The position numbers and the translations under genes were made by a program. Shown one piece after another: positions 8,801 through 18,748 of a stretch of 64,000 nt of DNA. Within the stretch, counting starts at the first letter, position 1. Each line of letters opens with the position of its first letter. Source of the DNA: Candidatus Woesebacteria bacterium RIFCSPHIGHO2_01_FULL_39_32 (GTDB lineage Bacteria; Patescibacteriota; Microgenomatia; UBA8517); assembly GCA_001792345.1 (NCBI GenBank), contig MGGJ01000001.1, forward strand, positions 153,710 through 217,709, in the 5' to 3' direction. Under the pieces are notes generated by a model. It saw only the letters and a list, made by a program, of their open reading frames with translations. It was not told the DNA's origin and made no database searches.

Positions 8801-9943
8801 ATGATCAAAATAGCGATTGATTCTGGGCCGTTGAGTGACGGGCATGCTGTGAGGGGAATTGGTGTGATGGTTAGGGAACAGATAAATGCACTAAAGAACT
8901 TAAAAACTAAAGAACTAAAGAGAATAGTGATAGAAAATTTTGACTTTCAGAACGAAGATGGAAGAAAGAAATTAGAATCTGGAGAATATGACGTTGTTCA
9001 CTATCCATACTTTTTTCCATACGCACTTACTATGCCTGAAAAAAAGCAAGGAAAAAGGATGGTTGTGACAATTCAGGATTTGATCCATCTTGTTTACCCC
9101 AAACACTATCCACCAGGAATCAGGGGTAAGATTAATTTCTTTAAACAAAAAACCAGACTGAAAAATGTTGATGCTGTTATCACAATTTCTGAAACTTCTA
9201 AGAAAGATATAGTTAGATTTTTAGGAATCCCAGCTGAAAAAGTACATGTGGTTTATCTAGCACCGAAGAAAATATTTAGAAGATTGGAGATTAGTGATTC
9301 GAGATTGGCTGAAACAAAGAATAAATATAATTTACCAAATAAATTTGCTCTATACGTTGGAGATGTTAACTTCAATAAAAATATTCCCAATTTAATTAAA
9401 GCTTGTCGGGTCGCAAAAATACCTCTTGTTATTTGTGGAAAGCAAGCCCTGGAGATCGAAGAAAGAGGGGTTGATTTAAGAACCCTTCAAGGCCCCAGAG
9501 ATTGGGCGAGATTCTTGTTTAACATTCCACACCCAGAACTGGCTCATTACGAAGAATTGCTAACCGAATTTAAAAAAAGTAAAAGCGTTATTAGGACTGG
9601 TTTTGTACCCGATGAAGAACTTGCGAAGATATTTAACTTAGCGTCGGTTTATGTTCAGCCGTCTTTTTACGAGGGTTTCGGATTACCTGTATTGGAAGGA
9701 ATGGCAAGCGGCACTCCTGTTGTGGTTGCCCGTACGAACGCATTAACTGAAATTTCGCAAGATGCCGCATTGGTTGTTAATCCAAAAGATCCGAAGGATA
9801 TGGCGGAAAAAATAAATACTGCAATTAGAAATCTGGAGGTAAGATCTCGGCTTACCCAGAAGGGTCTGGCAAGAATAAAGGATTTTTCCTGGGAGAAGAC
9901 AGCAAGGGAAACGATAAAAATTTATAAAGAGATATGGGAATAA
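8801..9943 (+). CDS. glycosyltransferase family 4 (GT-B, retaining)
   Basis: C-terminal EGFGLPVLEGMASGTPVV (E-X7-E region) typical of GT4. Confidence 0.75.
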   Translation: MIKIAIDSGPLSDGHAVRGIGVMVREQINALKNLKTKELKRIVIENFDFQNEDGRKKLESGEYDVVHYPYFFPYALTMPEKKQGKRMVVTIQDLIHLVYPKHYPPGIRGKINFFKQKTRLKNVDAVITISETSKKDIVRFLGIPAEKVHVVYLAPKKIFRRLEISDSRLAETKNKYNLPNKFALYVGDVNFNKNIPNLIKACRVAKIPLVICGKQALEIEERGVDLRTLQGPRDWARFLFNIPHPELAHYEELLTEFKKSKSVIRTGFVPDEELAKIFNLASVYVQPSFYEGFGLPVLEGMASGTPVVVARTNALTEISQDAALVVNPKDPKDMAEKINTAIRNLEVRSRLTQKGLARIKDFSWEKTARETIKIYKEIWE

Positions 9944-11127
9944 AGAAAATACTTACTATGATTATTGCTTGGAGAATTTTACTTCTTGTTTTTCTTTTCT
10001 TAGCAATTCAGATTTTACCTCTTCAGTTAAACTTTCTGGGAGGAGGACTGGAAAATTATTTGGAAAAACCATTCTTCTGGGGCTGGGCAAATTATGATGG
10101 AGAACACTACATTTACATTGCAAGAAATGGTTATACACCATTAACTTATTTTTATTTCCCACTATATCCATTAACGATCCGATATCTGGTAAATTTAACC
10201 GACGGTAGTTTCTTATCCTATTTATACTCGGGACTCTTCGTTTCACACATTGCTTTTTTAAGTGGGTTGATTGGGTTGATAAGGGTGATAAGAATAGATT
10301 ATGACGAACGAATAGTTTGGTCTACGTTAACACTCCTTTTAGTGTTTCCAACATCCTTCTACTTCGGAAGTGTTTATACCGAAAGTTTATTCTTTGCATT
10401 ATCTATCTGGTCTTTTTATTTTGCGAGAAAAGGAAAGTGGGTTTTAGCTGGTGTATTAGGTGCGTTGTTGACTGCAACAAGATTGGTAGGGATCGCACTT
10501 TTTCCTGCACTCATTGTTGAGGCTCTTCAACAATGGAAAGAGGATAAAGTAAATCTTAGGTTAGCATTTGCTTCATCATTTGCTGTTTTGTTGGGGTTGA
10601 TTTTTCATGCTTTTGTACTAAATTCAAGGACGGGTGATCCGCTTAATTTTTTACATTCAGTAGGGATTTTTGGACCACAAAGAGCGAGAGCGTTTATTAA
10701 CCTTGCTCAAGTTTTTTACAGATATATTTTTAAAATAATTCCGAACATAGATTATTCCTACTTTCCTACGATGTTTACGACATGGATGGAATTTTTAGTC
10801 GCAATTTTGTTTGGGGGATTAGGGGTATTAGGGATATTTGGAGGATTAGCCCTTCGACTTCGCTCAGGGTCTTCGAGGAGTTTAATACTACCTAAAATAA
10901 GACCAAGCTACGTTGTTTACCTTGTAATTGGTTATATCATACCCACTTTATCTGGAAGTTTTTCTTCACTACCGAGGTATGTTTTGGTTCTTTTCCCCGG
11001 TTTCATTCTTGGTGCATTACTTATTGCAAAACTTCCTAAAATTATTCAGACAGGGATAATATTAGGATCATTTATATTATTGGCTTTAGCAACAATGTTA
11101 TTTGTTAGAGGGTACTGGGTATCCTAA
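9934..11127 (+). CDS. polytopic membrane protein, putative GT-C-type glycosyltransferase (DUF2029/PIG-like)
   Basis: 397 aa with about 10 predicted TM helices and a conserved early loop (DGEHYIYIARNGY). It sits among glycosyltransferases. Confidence 0.4.
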   Translation: MGIKKILTMIIAWRILLLVFLFLAIQILPLQLNFLGGGLENYLEKPFFWGWANYDGEHYIYIARNGYTPLTYFYFPLYPLTIRYLVNLTDGSFLSYLYSGLFVSHIAFLSGLIGLIRVIRIDYDERIVWSTLTLLLVFPTSFYFGSVYTESLFFALSIWSFYFARKGKWVLAGVLGALLTATRLVGIALFPALIVEALQQWKEDKVNLRLAFASSFAVLLGLIFHAFVLNSRTGDPLNFLHSVGIFGPQRARAFINLAQVFYRYIFKIIPNIDYSYFPTMFTTWMEFLVAILFGGLGVLGIFGGLALRLRSGSSRSLILPKIRPSYVVYLVIGYIIPTLSGSFSSLPRYVLVLFPGFILGALLIAKLPKIIQTGIILGSFILLALATMLFVRGYWVS

Positions 11128-12396
11128 ATGAAAATTCCAAATTTAAAGACGTTCGGATTAAATCTCTTAAAACACCCACTTTTTTCGGGAAGTGCGATTA
11201 TGATTTTTGGATCTAACTTAGCAAATTTTGTTGCTTATTTATACCATCTTGTCATAGGACGACTCCTTGGTCCTGCGCCGTATGGTGAATTGTCTGCGGT
11301 TCTATCTGTACTTGGTCTTATTTTTGCATCACTCAATTTTCTTGGCCTAGTTATTGTTAAATTTGTTTCCTCGGCCAAGAAAGATGAACTAGTAAGTATT
11401 TACTCTTGGTTTACAAAAAAATCGGTAGTTGCAGGCCTAGGCTTGGCTTTATTGGTTTTGATACTAACTCCTTTTTTCAGTAATTTTCTACACATAAAAA
11501 CTACAACGTTTTTACTCACTGTGCCTATTTTATCTTTTAGCGTAGCTTCATTTGTATATAGATCTTTTTTGCAGGGTCTTCTGAAATTTAAAGAAGTTGT
11601 TATCGCGATAAACCTCGATTTTATATTCAGGTTGGCGCTTGGAGTTTTATTTATATCTTTAGGTTTTTCATCATTTGGTGCGGTTCTGGGAATGGTATTT
11701 TCGATGGGCTTATCCTTTTTATTCCTGAAATATTTTCTTAGAGAATATCACGCAATTGAAAAAGTAAAACCTTTCGGGAGGACAAAGGAGGTTCTAAAAT
11801 ATGCTACCCCCATATTTTTCGCAACTGTTGCGACAAACTCCATGTTTTCATCGGACGTAGTTTTGGTGAAACATTTCTTTAGCCCGCACGACGCAGGAAT
11901 TTATGCGTCCTTATCGACTTTAGGAAAAATAATTTTTTTTGGCGCAGGGCCCGTTGGTGCAGTAATGTTTCCAATGATTTCTAAACGGCATTCCATTGGT
12001 GCTGGATATAAAAAAATATTCTTATTAAGTCTACTTCTTACTTCGCTTATTGCTTTTGGGGTATTGTTGATTTATTGGCTAGCTCCTGAATTGTCGATAA
12101 AAATTCTTTACGGAAACGAGTTTATTGAAGGGGCACCTTATTTGGTATGGATAGGAGCCTTTATGACGCTTTTTACTCTTTCCTCCTTGGTTCTTAACTA
12201 TTTTCTTTCAAGAAATAAAACAACTGTTGCTATAACAGTTGTAATTTCTGCTCTAATTCAAATTATCGGAATTTGGCTATTCCACGAGACGATTTTAAGC
12301 GTATTAAAGGTTTCAATCGTCTCATCTTCCTTATTTTTGGCGTCTTTGTTACTATACTTTGCATATGAAGCGAAAAACGCAAGCAGCAGAAAATAG
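11128..12396 (+). CDS. Wzx-like oligosaccharide flippase / polysaccharide biosynthesis protein (MOP superfamily)
   Basis: 422 aa with about 12 TM helices, the topology of polysaccharide export flippases. Confidence 0.55.
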   Translation: MKIPNLKTFGLNLLKHPLFSGSAIMIFGSNLANFVAYLYHLVIGRLLGPAPYGELSAVLSVLGLIFASLNFLGLVIVKFVSSAKKDELVSIYSWFTKKSVVAGLGLALLVLILTPFFSNFLHIKTTTFLLTVPILSFSVASFVYRSFLQGLLKFKEVVIAINLDFIFRLALGVLFISLGFSSFGAVLGMVFSMGLSFLFLKYFLREYHAIEKVKPFGRTKEVLKYATPIFFATVATNSMFSSDVVLVKHFFSPHDAGIYASLSTLGKIIFFGAGPVGAVMFPMISKRHSIGAGYKKIFLLSLLLTSLIAFGVLLIYWLAPELSIKILYGNEFIEGAPYLVWIGAFMTLFTLSSLVLNYFLSRNKTTVAITVVISALIQIIGIWLFHETILSVLKVSIVSSSLFLASLLLYFAYEAKNASSRK

Positions 12397-13192
12397 AGAA
12401 AAACTTGTATCGGTTATCATCCCGGCCTACAAAGCCGAGAAGACTATTGAAAAAAGCTTAATTAAAACAAAGAAAGTTTTAGATGCTATACGTTATAACT
12501 ACGAAATAATTTGTATCGATGACGGGAATACCGACAAAACCCGAGTCAATGCTGAAAAAGTCGCAAAAAAATTTCCCGATAAAATTAAAATTGTTGGATA
12601 CCTTACCAATTTAGGTAAAGGACACGCTGTTCGATTCGGAATGGCTCAGGCGGAGGGCGATATAATTGGTTTTATTGATGCTGGTCTTGACGTTGATCCA
12701 AATGGAATATCCATGTTACTTGAACATTTTGAGTGGTATGGTGCAGACATAATTATTGGCTCTAAAAGACATCCCGCCTCAAAATTAGAATATTCCTGGC
12801 AAAGAAAAATTGTATCAATTGGATATCAGATATTGGTAAGAACCCTTTTTGGAGTTAAAGTGAGAGACACGCAGGTTGGTCTGAAATTCTTCAAGAGAGA
12901 AGTTTTAGAGAAGGTTCTTCCCAGAATTCTGGTTAAAGAGTTTGCTTTCGATATTGAAATTCTATCAGTTGCGTACTACCTTGGCTTTAAAAGGATTTTT
13001 GAGGCACCAGTTGAGTTGAAAATGGAATTTGGGGGCTCCACAATTATCAGTAAAGGATTTATTAGAACAGTTTTTAAAACGCTTTGGGATACAGTGGCAG
13101 TTTATTACAGACTTAGAATTCTTCACTATTATGATGATAAAAACAATAAAAATTGGATAACTCCCGATTATCTTACTCTCAAAAGTAAATGA
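12359..13192 (+). CDS. glycosyltransferase family 2 (Dpm1/polyprenyl-phosphate sugar synthase-like)
   Basis: VSVIIPAYKAEKTI...IDDGNTDKT, plus a DAG (IDAGLDVD) motif. The true start may be the second Met (MKRK). Confidence 0.7.
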   Translation: MHMKRKTQAAENREKLVSVIIPAYKAEKTIEKSLIKTKKVLDAIRYNYEIICIDDGNTDKTRVNAEKVAKKFPDKIKIVGYLTNLGKGHAVRFGMAQAEGDIIGFIDAGLDVDPNGISMLLEHFEWYGADIIIGSKRHPASKLEYSWQRKIVSIGYQILVRTLFGVKVRDTQVGLKFFKREVLEKVLPRILVKEFAFDIEILSVAYYLGFKRIFEAPVELKMEFGGSTIISKGFIRTVFKTLWDTVAVYYRLRILHYYDDKNNKNWITPDYLTLKSK

Positions 13193-15213
13193 AACAGTTT
13201 TCCATCCTCAGTTTCTTGATTTTCTTCATTTTATTATTTCCTGAAAAATGTTTTGCAGATGAGGATAATCAATTCATCACAATTGTAAATCCGGTTAGAA
13301 TATCACGTTACACTACTAATTCTTCTGAGAGTATTCTCTCTCAATATTCGGTGATAAAAGAATTAGATTTAGCAGCTACCTGGTTACTTACATATGATGT
13401 TTTAATTAATAATGGATCTGTTACGGCAATTAAGGATTTTGATGAAAATCAGGAAATCGGTCTTTTCCTGGAAATTTCTTCTGAATTTGCTGAGGAATCT
13501 GAGGTTATTTATAACGATACAGGGAGTTGGCACTATGCTCCTTCAGTTTTTCTCTCCGGGTACAAACAGGAAGAAAGGGTAAAACTAGTTGATACTCTTT
13601 TTGAGAAGTTTAAAGAAACATTTGGGCATTATCCAACCTCGGTCGGAGGGTGGTGGATCGATTCGTTCTCATTGGAATACATGAAGCAAAAATATGGAAT
13701 AACTGCAAATTTAGGACTTTCCGATCAGTTTTCAACAGACGGATATCAAGTTTGGGGAACATTTTGGTCAACCCCCTTTTATCCATCTAACTATCATGCA
13801 GGAATTCCTGCTGTTGAAGAATCAGTCAAACTTGATGTCGTGACTTTACAATGGGCGCCTCGGGATCCTTTAAATGGTTACTTCAATAGTTATTACAGCA
13901 CTCAAGATTATCTCCAAAATCCTGTGAATCAAGACACGTCGTACTTTGAAAAGTTAGTTCGCCTGTATGCCAAAAAGAATGAGAATGCATTTGGACAGAT
14001 TGTTGTCGGGCTAGAATCAGATTTATCTCCTGAGGCTTATAAAGGAGAATTTGCAAAACAGATGGAAGTTGTTAAGAGATTAGGAAATTCGGATGATCTA
14101 CAAGTTTTGACAATGAGTGAATTTAGTAATTGGTATAGGCTTACATTTCCTAATCTATCACCCACTCAAGTTGTGGAGACAGATGATCTTCTGGGAAAGC
14201 CTATAAAAGTAATTTGGTATCAAACGCCTAAGTTACGTATAGGATTAACTTATAACTACGAAACTTTCGAAACAAAAATCTTCGATTTCCGCGGTTATCA
14301 TTCAAATTTTCAAGAATCATATTATGTAACTCCGAACAAAGAGCGGGAACTTTCTATCTACATCCCTTCCTACTTTGATGAAATAAATAATACAGATGAT
14401 GTTTGGAGTATAAGTTTAGGAAAACTTACGGAAAGCAAAAGAAATGACCAAGAACTGAATATGGTTTTTACTAAGGGTGAAATAATTTTTGGTCGAGATA
14501 AATTCCTAATTAAAGGGTCAAATGAAGTGCCTAATATTTTGGCTAAAAATCCAAATCTCATGGTCCGTAAAAAATTAACCGGTATTGAAATTTCTCCTAA
14601 AGACGCTTGGGTTATTGATCGTAACGGATATGTTTTCAAAGATTTAACGGATATTGCTACAAGAGAACTGATGCGGAAAAGAACCCTCGGGTTGGTTTTG
14701 GTTTTTACGAGCCTTTTTCTTAGTTTGGGTTTTGGTGTAATTCTTTCAAAGATTTCTCAAAGAAAAAAACTCCTAGTCTTAAGCTTCATGATAATTCCAC
14801 CTACTTTATTTATCAACAATTGGTACCAGAAAAACACTATGAATTATTATGTAAGTCAGGCAGAAATTGACGCGCTTTTAAATCTTTCTACAAAACCACC
14901 AGGCAAAGTTCTTGTGTACGGAAGGGAATGTTTAGGTTGCGAATGGGCTACACCTCAAAAGCCAGCCGTTTTCTCGAACAAAAGAAGTTATGTTCAAAGA
15001 TGGGGAAAACACCCCATTGTTTATAATTCAAGCGTTTTTGAAGCCCAAAACCAGCAAGTCGCAAGGCGAAAATTTGATGAACTGAATGCATCTTACATTT
15101 ATATTACAAAATATGGGGATTATGTTGAAAAAGTACCTTTTTCCCCAGGAGACCTTAATATAGAAAAATTGTATGATAATGCTAACGCCGAAATCTGGAA
15201 GGTAAAAGAATGA
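13189..15213 (+). CDS. exported/membrane-anchored hypothetical protein
   Basis: 674 aa with an N-terminal signal-like segment (MKQFSILSFLIFFILLFPEKCFA) and a large soluble domain. A single TM lies near residue 510 (LGLVLVFTSLFLSLGFGVIL). Confidence 0.45.
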   Translation: MKQFSILSFLIFFILLFPEKCFADEDNQFITIVNPVRISRYTTNSSESILSQYSVIKELDLAATWLLTYDVLINNGSVTAIKDFDENQEIGLFLEISSEFAEESEVIYNDTGSWHYAPSVFLSGYKQEERVKLVDTLFEKFKETFGHYPTSVGGWWIDSFSLEYMKQKYGITANLGLSDQFSTDGYQVWGTFWSTPFYPSNYHAGIPAVEESVKLDVVTLQWAPRDPLNGYFNSYYSTQDYLQNPVNQDTSYFEKLVRLYAKKNENAFGQIVVGLESDLSPEAYKGEFAKQMEVVKRLGNSDDLQVLTMSEFSNWYRLTFPNLSPTQVVETDDLLGKPIKVIWYQTPKLRIGLTYNYETFETKIFDFRGYHSNFQESYYVTPNKERELSIYIPSYFDEINNTDDVWSISLGKLTESKRNDQELNMVFTKGEIIFGRDKFLIKGSNEVPNILAKNPNLMVRKKLTGIEISPKDAWVIDRNGYVFKDLTDIATRELMRKRTLGLVLVFTSLFLSLGFGVILSKISQRKKLLVLSFMIIPPTLFINNWYQKNTMNYYVSQAEIDALLNLSTKPPGKVLVYGRECLGCEWATPQKPAVFSNKRSYVQRWGKHPIVYNSSVFEAQNQQVARRKFDELNASYIYITKYGDYVEKVPFSPGDLNIEKLYDNANAEIWKVKE

Positions 15214-15668
15214 ATTTATTTTATTTTATTCCTAAAAATCTATTGCTTCATGAAGTTATTCACTTATTCGCCACTTTACCTTTTTTGTTTATCGTGTGGA
15301 AAAAAACTAAATCGATTAAATTAATAATTCTTACAATTTTTATTACAATTATTATCGATATTGACCACATTTTGGATTATTTTTTATATTACGGCTTTTC
15401 ATTAGATTTCATTAAGTTTCTAAAAGCCGATTATTTCAGTCAAAGTGGACACGCATATGTTCTTTTCCATGGGTGGGAGTGGTTAGCTCTACTTGTTATC
15501 ATTAATATGAAAAGTATGGTCAATATTAAAAAAAAATGGAAAACTTTTTGGTTTATACTACTTTTTGCGTATACACCCCATCTTATTTTAGACTCATTGA
15601 ACGTCGGAAGTTTCTTATTTTATTCAATCCTGTATAGACTATTCCATAGCTTTACCTATCTAGTATGA
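15210..15668 (+). CDS. small polytopic membrane protein
   Basis: 152 aa and strongly hydrophobic. Translationally coupled on both sides. Confidence 0.4.
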   Translation: MNLFYFIPKNLLLHEVIHLFATLPFLFIVWKKTKSIKLIILTIFITIIIDIDHILDYFLYYGFSLDFIKFLKADYFSQSGHAYVLFHGWEWLALLVIINMKSMVNIKKKWKTFWFILLFAYTPHLILDSLNVGSFLFYSILYRLFHSFTYLV

Positions 15669-16783
15669 ATATTTTGATTTTATCCTGGCGTGGCCCAGGG
15701 CATCCAAATGCCGGAGGTGCGGAACAAGTTACCTTGGAACACGCAAAGGGCTGGGTGAAAGCAGGGCATGAAGTTACTTTATTTACATCAAACTATGTTG
15801 GTGCAAAATCTGAAGAAACAGATGGTGGGGTAAAGATAAAAAGGTCGGGCGACCAATTTTTTGGCGTAAAACTTAGGGCTGCGCTTTGGTACTTAGTTGG
15901 TAAACACCCTAAATTTGATTTGATAGTAGATGAGTTTCATGGGATACCCTTCTTTACTCCTTTGTATACCAGGGCGAGGAAACTTGCATTAATTCACGAA
16001 GTAGCGGGTGAAGTGTGGAAATATAACCCTTGGCCAAAGCCCTTCAACTTAATTCCGGCATTTTCTGGAACTTTCTTTGAACACTGGATCTTTCGGATAT
16101 TTTACAGAAAAATTCCTTTTATGACTGTTTCAAATTCAACTAGGAACGATTTGGTTGGCTGGGGAGTCAAGAAAGAGAATATAACAGTAATCCAAAATGG
16201 GATAAAACTGTTCTTACCAAAAAAATTACCGCCCAAAGAGAGTAAAAGTACCGCAATGTATTTGGGTGCAATTAGTCTGGATAAAGGCACATTTGATGCA
16301 GTTCGTGCCTTTGGAGAGATTGAAAGGAAAGATGATACCTGGCAATATTGGTTAGTGGGATTTGGAACTAAGGAGCACGTTGATAAGCTTAAAAAATTGT
16401 CAACCGATCTGGGGATTTCCGAAAAAGTCAAATTTTGGGGATATGTAACAGACCGTAAGAAGTTTGAACTTTTGGCTCTCGCGCATATCCTGATTAATCC
16501 TTCAGTTCATGAAGGCTGGAGTCTCGTAAATATTGAAGCAAATAGCGTAGGAACACCAGTCATTGGCTACAACGTTCATGGTCTTAGGGACTCTGTGAAG
16601 CCTGAAAAGACAGGCATTCTTGTTCAAAAGGGAAATTTCCATGCAATAGCCGAGGAATCGCTTAAACTTATGAGGGAGAAAGAAAGATATGAAAGATTAC
16701 AAAATAATGCCAAAAAGTGGAGCAAAAAATTCACTTGGGAAAAAGCAAGAAGAGAAAGTCTTGAATTAATAGAATCACTTTGA
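15665..16783 (+). CDS. glycosyltransferase family 4
   Basis: INPSVHEGWSLVNIEANSVGTPVIGYNVHGLRDSV, the GT4 C-terminal signature. Confidence 0.75.
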   Translation: MNILILSWRGPGHPNAGGAEQVTLEHAKGWVKAGHEVTLFTSNYVGAKSEETDGGVKIKRSGDQFFGVKLRAALWYLVGKHPKFDLIVDEFHGIPFFTPLYTRARKLALIHEVAGEVWKYNPWPKPFNLIPAFSGTFFEHWIFRIFYRKIPFMTVSNSTRNDLVGWGVKKENITVIQNGIKLFLPKKLPPKESKSTAMYLGAISLDKGTFDAVRAFGEIERKDDTWQYWLVGFGTKEHVDKLKKLSTDLGISEKVKFWGYVTDRKKFELLALAHILINPSVHEGWSLVNIEANSVGTPVIGYNVHGLRDSVKPEKTGILVQKGNFHAIAEESLKLMREKERYERLQNNAKKWSKKFTWEKARRESLELIESL

Positions 16784-17779
16784 AGACTTATTTTTTTCTT
16801 GCCATTCTTTCGTCCAGATAATAGTTCTTTTTATACCTTCTTCTACAGGTATCTTTGGGCTATAATTAAGAAGTTTTCGCGCTTGTGTAATATCTGCAAT
16901 GTAATGGGTTACTTCCCCAACACGCTTTGACAGTTCAACTGAAATTCTTGGTTTTATATTCAAGTTCTTAGCAATAAGCCTAGCAATTTTCAGTAAACTA
17001 TTCCCAGTCCCGTATGCTAAGTTGATAGTTTCATTTTCAACACTTCCTTCTAGTAATTTCTTAATCCCAACCATAATGCCGTCAACACAGTCGTCGATAT
17101 ATGTAAAATCAAGAATTTTTTTCCTGCCGAATATTGTCACACCTTTATTATTTATCATTTTATTAATGAAAAGTGGAATTACACGTTCCATTCTTTCCAA
17201 ATCGTTATCGTATCTACCGTAAACATTTGAAAAACGAAAAACTAAGTATTTTAATCCATAACATCGTGCATACGAATAAATAAGGGCTTCGCCAGCGATT
17301 TTACTAGCTGAATATGGACTTTCTGTAAACGAGAAATGTGCCTCATTTTCGTTTGTAATGTAGTGATGAATATCTCCGTATACTTCGCGAGATGATGAAA
17401 AAATTATTGGAAGATTGTTATATCGACAATATTCCAAAACATTAAAGGTTATATTAATATTTTCCAAGGCACGATGCGGTTCTCTAACCAAGTCGTGCAC
17501 CTTTGCATTGGCGGCTAGATGTACCACAAGGTTGCATTTTGGATAAGGAGCCAATCCAATTCCACCCGTGAAGTTATGCTGAAAAGCTGCTAAATCCTGC
17601 AAAAGGGTCGGGAATTTATCAGTCCAATTATTTGGTCTTACGTCTACTCCAAAAACATCGTAACCTTCTGAAAGCAATTTCAAGGCAAGATTCGTTCCGA
17701 TTTGTCCACTCGAGCCCGTAATTAAAATACGATACTCCTTTTTGCTTATACTTATTTTTCTTGGACTTTGAATTTCCAT
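16775..17779 (-). CDS. NAD-dependent nucleotide-sugar epimerase/dehydratase (extended SDR)
   Basis: ILITGSSGQIGTNLALKL Rossmann motif and a YSASK catalytic motif. 334 aa. Confidence 0.7.
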   Translation of the reverse strand: MEIQSPRKISISKKEYRILITGSSGQIGTNLALKLLSEGYDVFGVDVRPNNWTDKFPTLLQDLAAFQHNFTGGIGLAPYPKCNLVVHLAANAKVHDLVREPHRALENINITFNVLEYCRYNNLPIIFSSSREVYGDIHHYITNENEAHFSFTESPYSASKIAGEALIYSYARCYGLKYLVFRFSNVYGRYDNDLERMERVIPLFINKMINNKGVTIFGRKKILDFTYIDDCVDGIMVGIKKLLEGSVENETINLAYGTGNSLLKIARLIAKNLNIKPRISVELSKRVGEVTHYIADITQARKLLNYSPKIPVEEGIKRTIIWTKEWQEKNKSSK

Positions 17780-17786
17780 TTAGAGG

Positions 17787-18635
17787 TTAATATTTCTCTA
17801 CCTTATGTTCGGTTAGATGCTGCTCTTTAAGAATTCTTCGGTTTGCCGATCGTGTTGCTTTAATTAACTCCGCCGGAACCCGCAGTGTATCACAGAATTC
17901 AATGTAACTATTTACATCTTTTGGGAAACAGGGACCACCATAACCACGTTTATCGTTATGAAATATAGTCATGTATCGAAGTATCCCAGGCCCGATAAAT
18001 TCTGAAGCGGCAAATCCATCCCGTACATTTTCATAATTACCTTTAAGTTTTTTGCAAACCTCATATAAATGATTGGCATAAATAATTCTTATTGCACCGA
18101 AGACATTATGGGCGTATTTGATAAGTTCTGCATCTGATGCTTTTACAATTTTTTGATATTTTCCCTTAGGAAGTATAGACATTATCTCTTGTGTCTTCGG
18201 CTTAGATCTACTGGTATATCCCAAGATTTGCCTATCTGGTATTTCAAAATCAGCTCTTGCAGTTTTTCGAGATAAAAATTCTGGGTTAAAAAGTATATAT
18301 AGCTTGGAATACTTTTTTTGTAATTTTTCTGTAAATCCTGGCCAAACTGTACTTTTTAATACCACAATTTTGTTAGGTGCAACTTTTTTAACAACCTCAT
18401 TTACGATTGTAAAGTTTGCCTTTTTCTTAGCAAAGTCATAGGGAGTTGGAACACAAACAAAGATAATGTCACATTTGTCATTAATTTCTTCCCAAGTACT
18501 TTCTGGAAAACCACTCTTATGATTTGTTGAAATTCCATAGACAGGATATTTATGTCTTTTATAATACGAGTAGGCCTCGGAGCCAACCATTCCTGTGTGT
18601 CCGATAACACCAATTGTTTGGGTTTCGATGAGCAT
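17787..18635 (-). CDS. UDP-glucose/GDP-mannose dehydrogenase-family protein, short form lacking the C-terminal UDP-sugar-binding domain
   Basis: N-terminal GVIGHTGMVGS NAD fold and a CVPTP motif. The catalytic Cys motif GGPCFPKD (canonical GGSCFPKD) sits at ~aa 238, but the protein ends at 282 aa. Confidence 0.55.
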   Translation of the reverse strand: MLIETQTIGVIGHTGMVGSEAYSYYKRHKYPVYGISTNHKSGFPESTWEEINDKCDIIFVCVPTPYDFAKKKANFTIVNEVVKKVAPNKIVVLKSTVWPGFTEKLQKKYSKLYILFNPEFLSRKTARADFEIPDRQILGYTSRSKPKTQEIMSILPKGKYQKIVKASDAELIKYAHNVFGAIRIIYANHLYEVCKKLKGNYENVRDGFAASEFIGPGILRYMTIFHNDKRGYGGPCFPKDVNSYIEFCDTLRVPAELIKATRSANRRILKEQHLTEHKVEKY

Positions 18636-18748
18636 AATATACCGAATTCAATTTTAGATATTAACCTAACTGCTAGATAAAATAAAGTGTTGAATAACGA
18701 TTGTGTAAAATCACCATTTAGAGATTAGTGCTACCATAGTATAAATGT
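18636..18748. promoter_or_regulatory. divergent promoter region between the -strand UGDH-like/epimerase pair and the +strand GME-like gene
   Basis: 113-nt AT-rich gap with a tataaat box at 18740..18746, just upstream of the 18749 start. The genes are divergently oriented. Confidence 0.3.
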
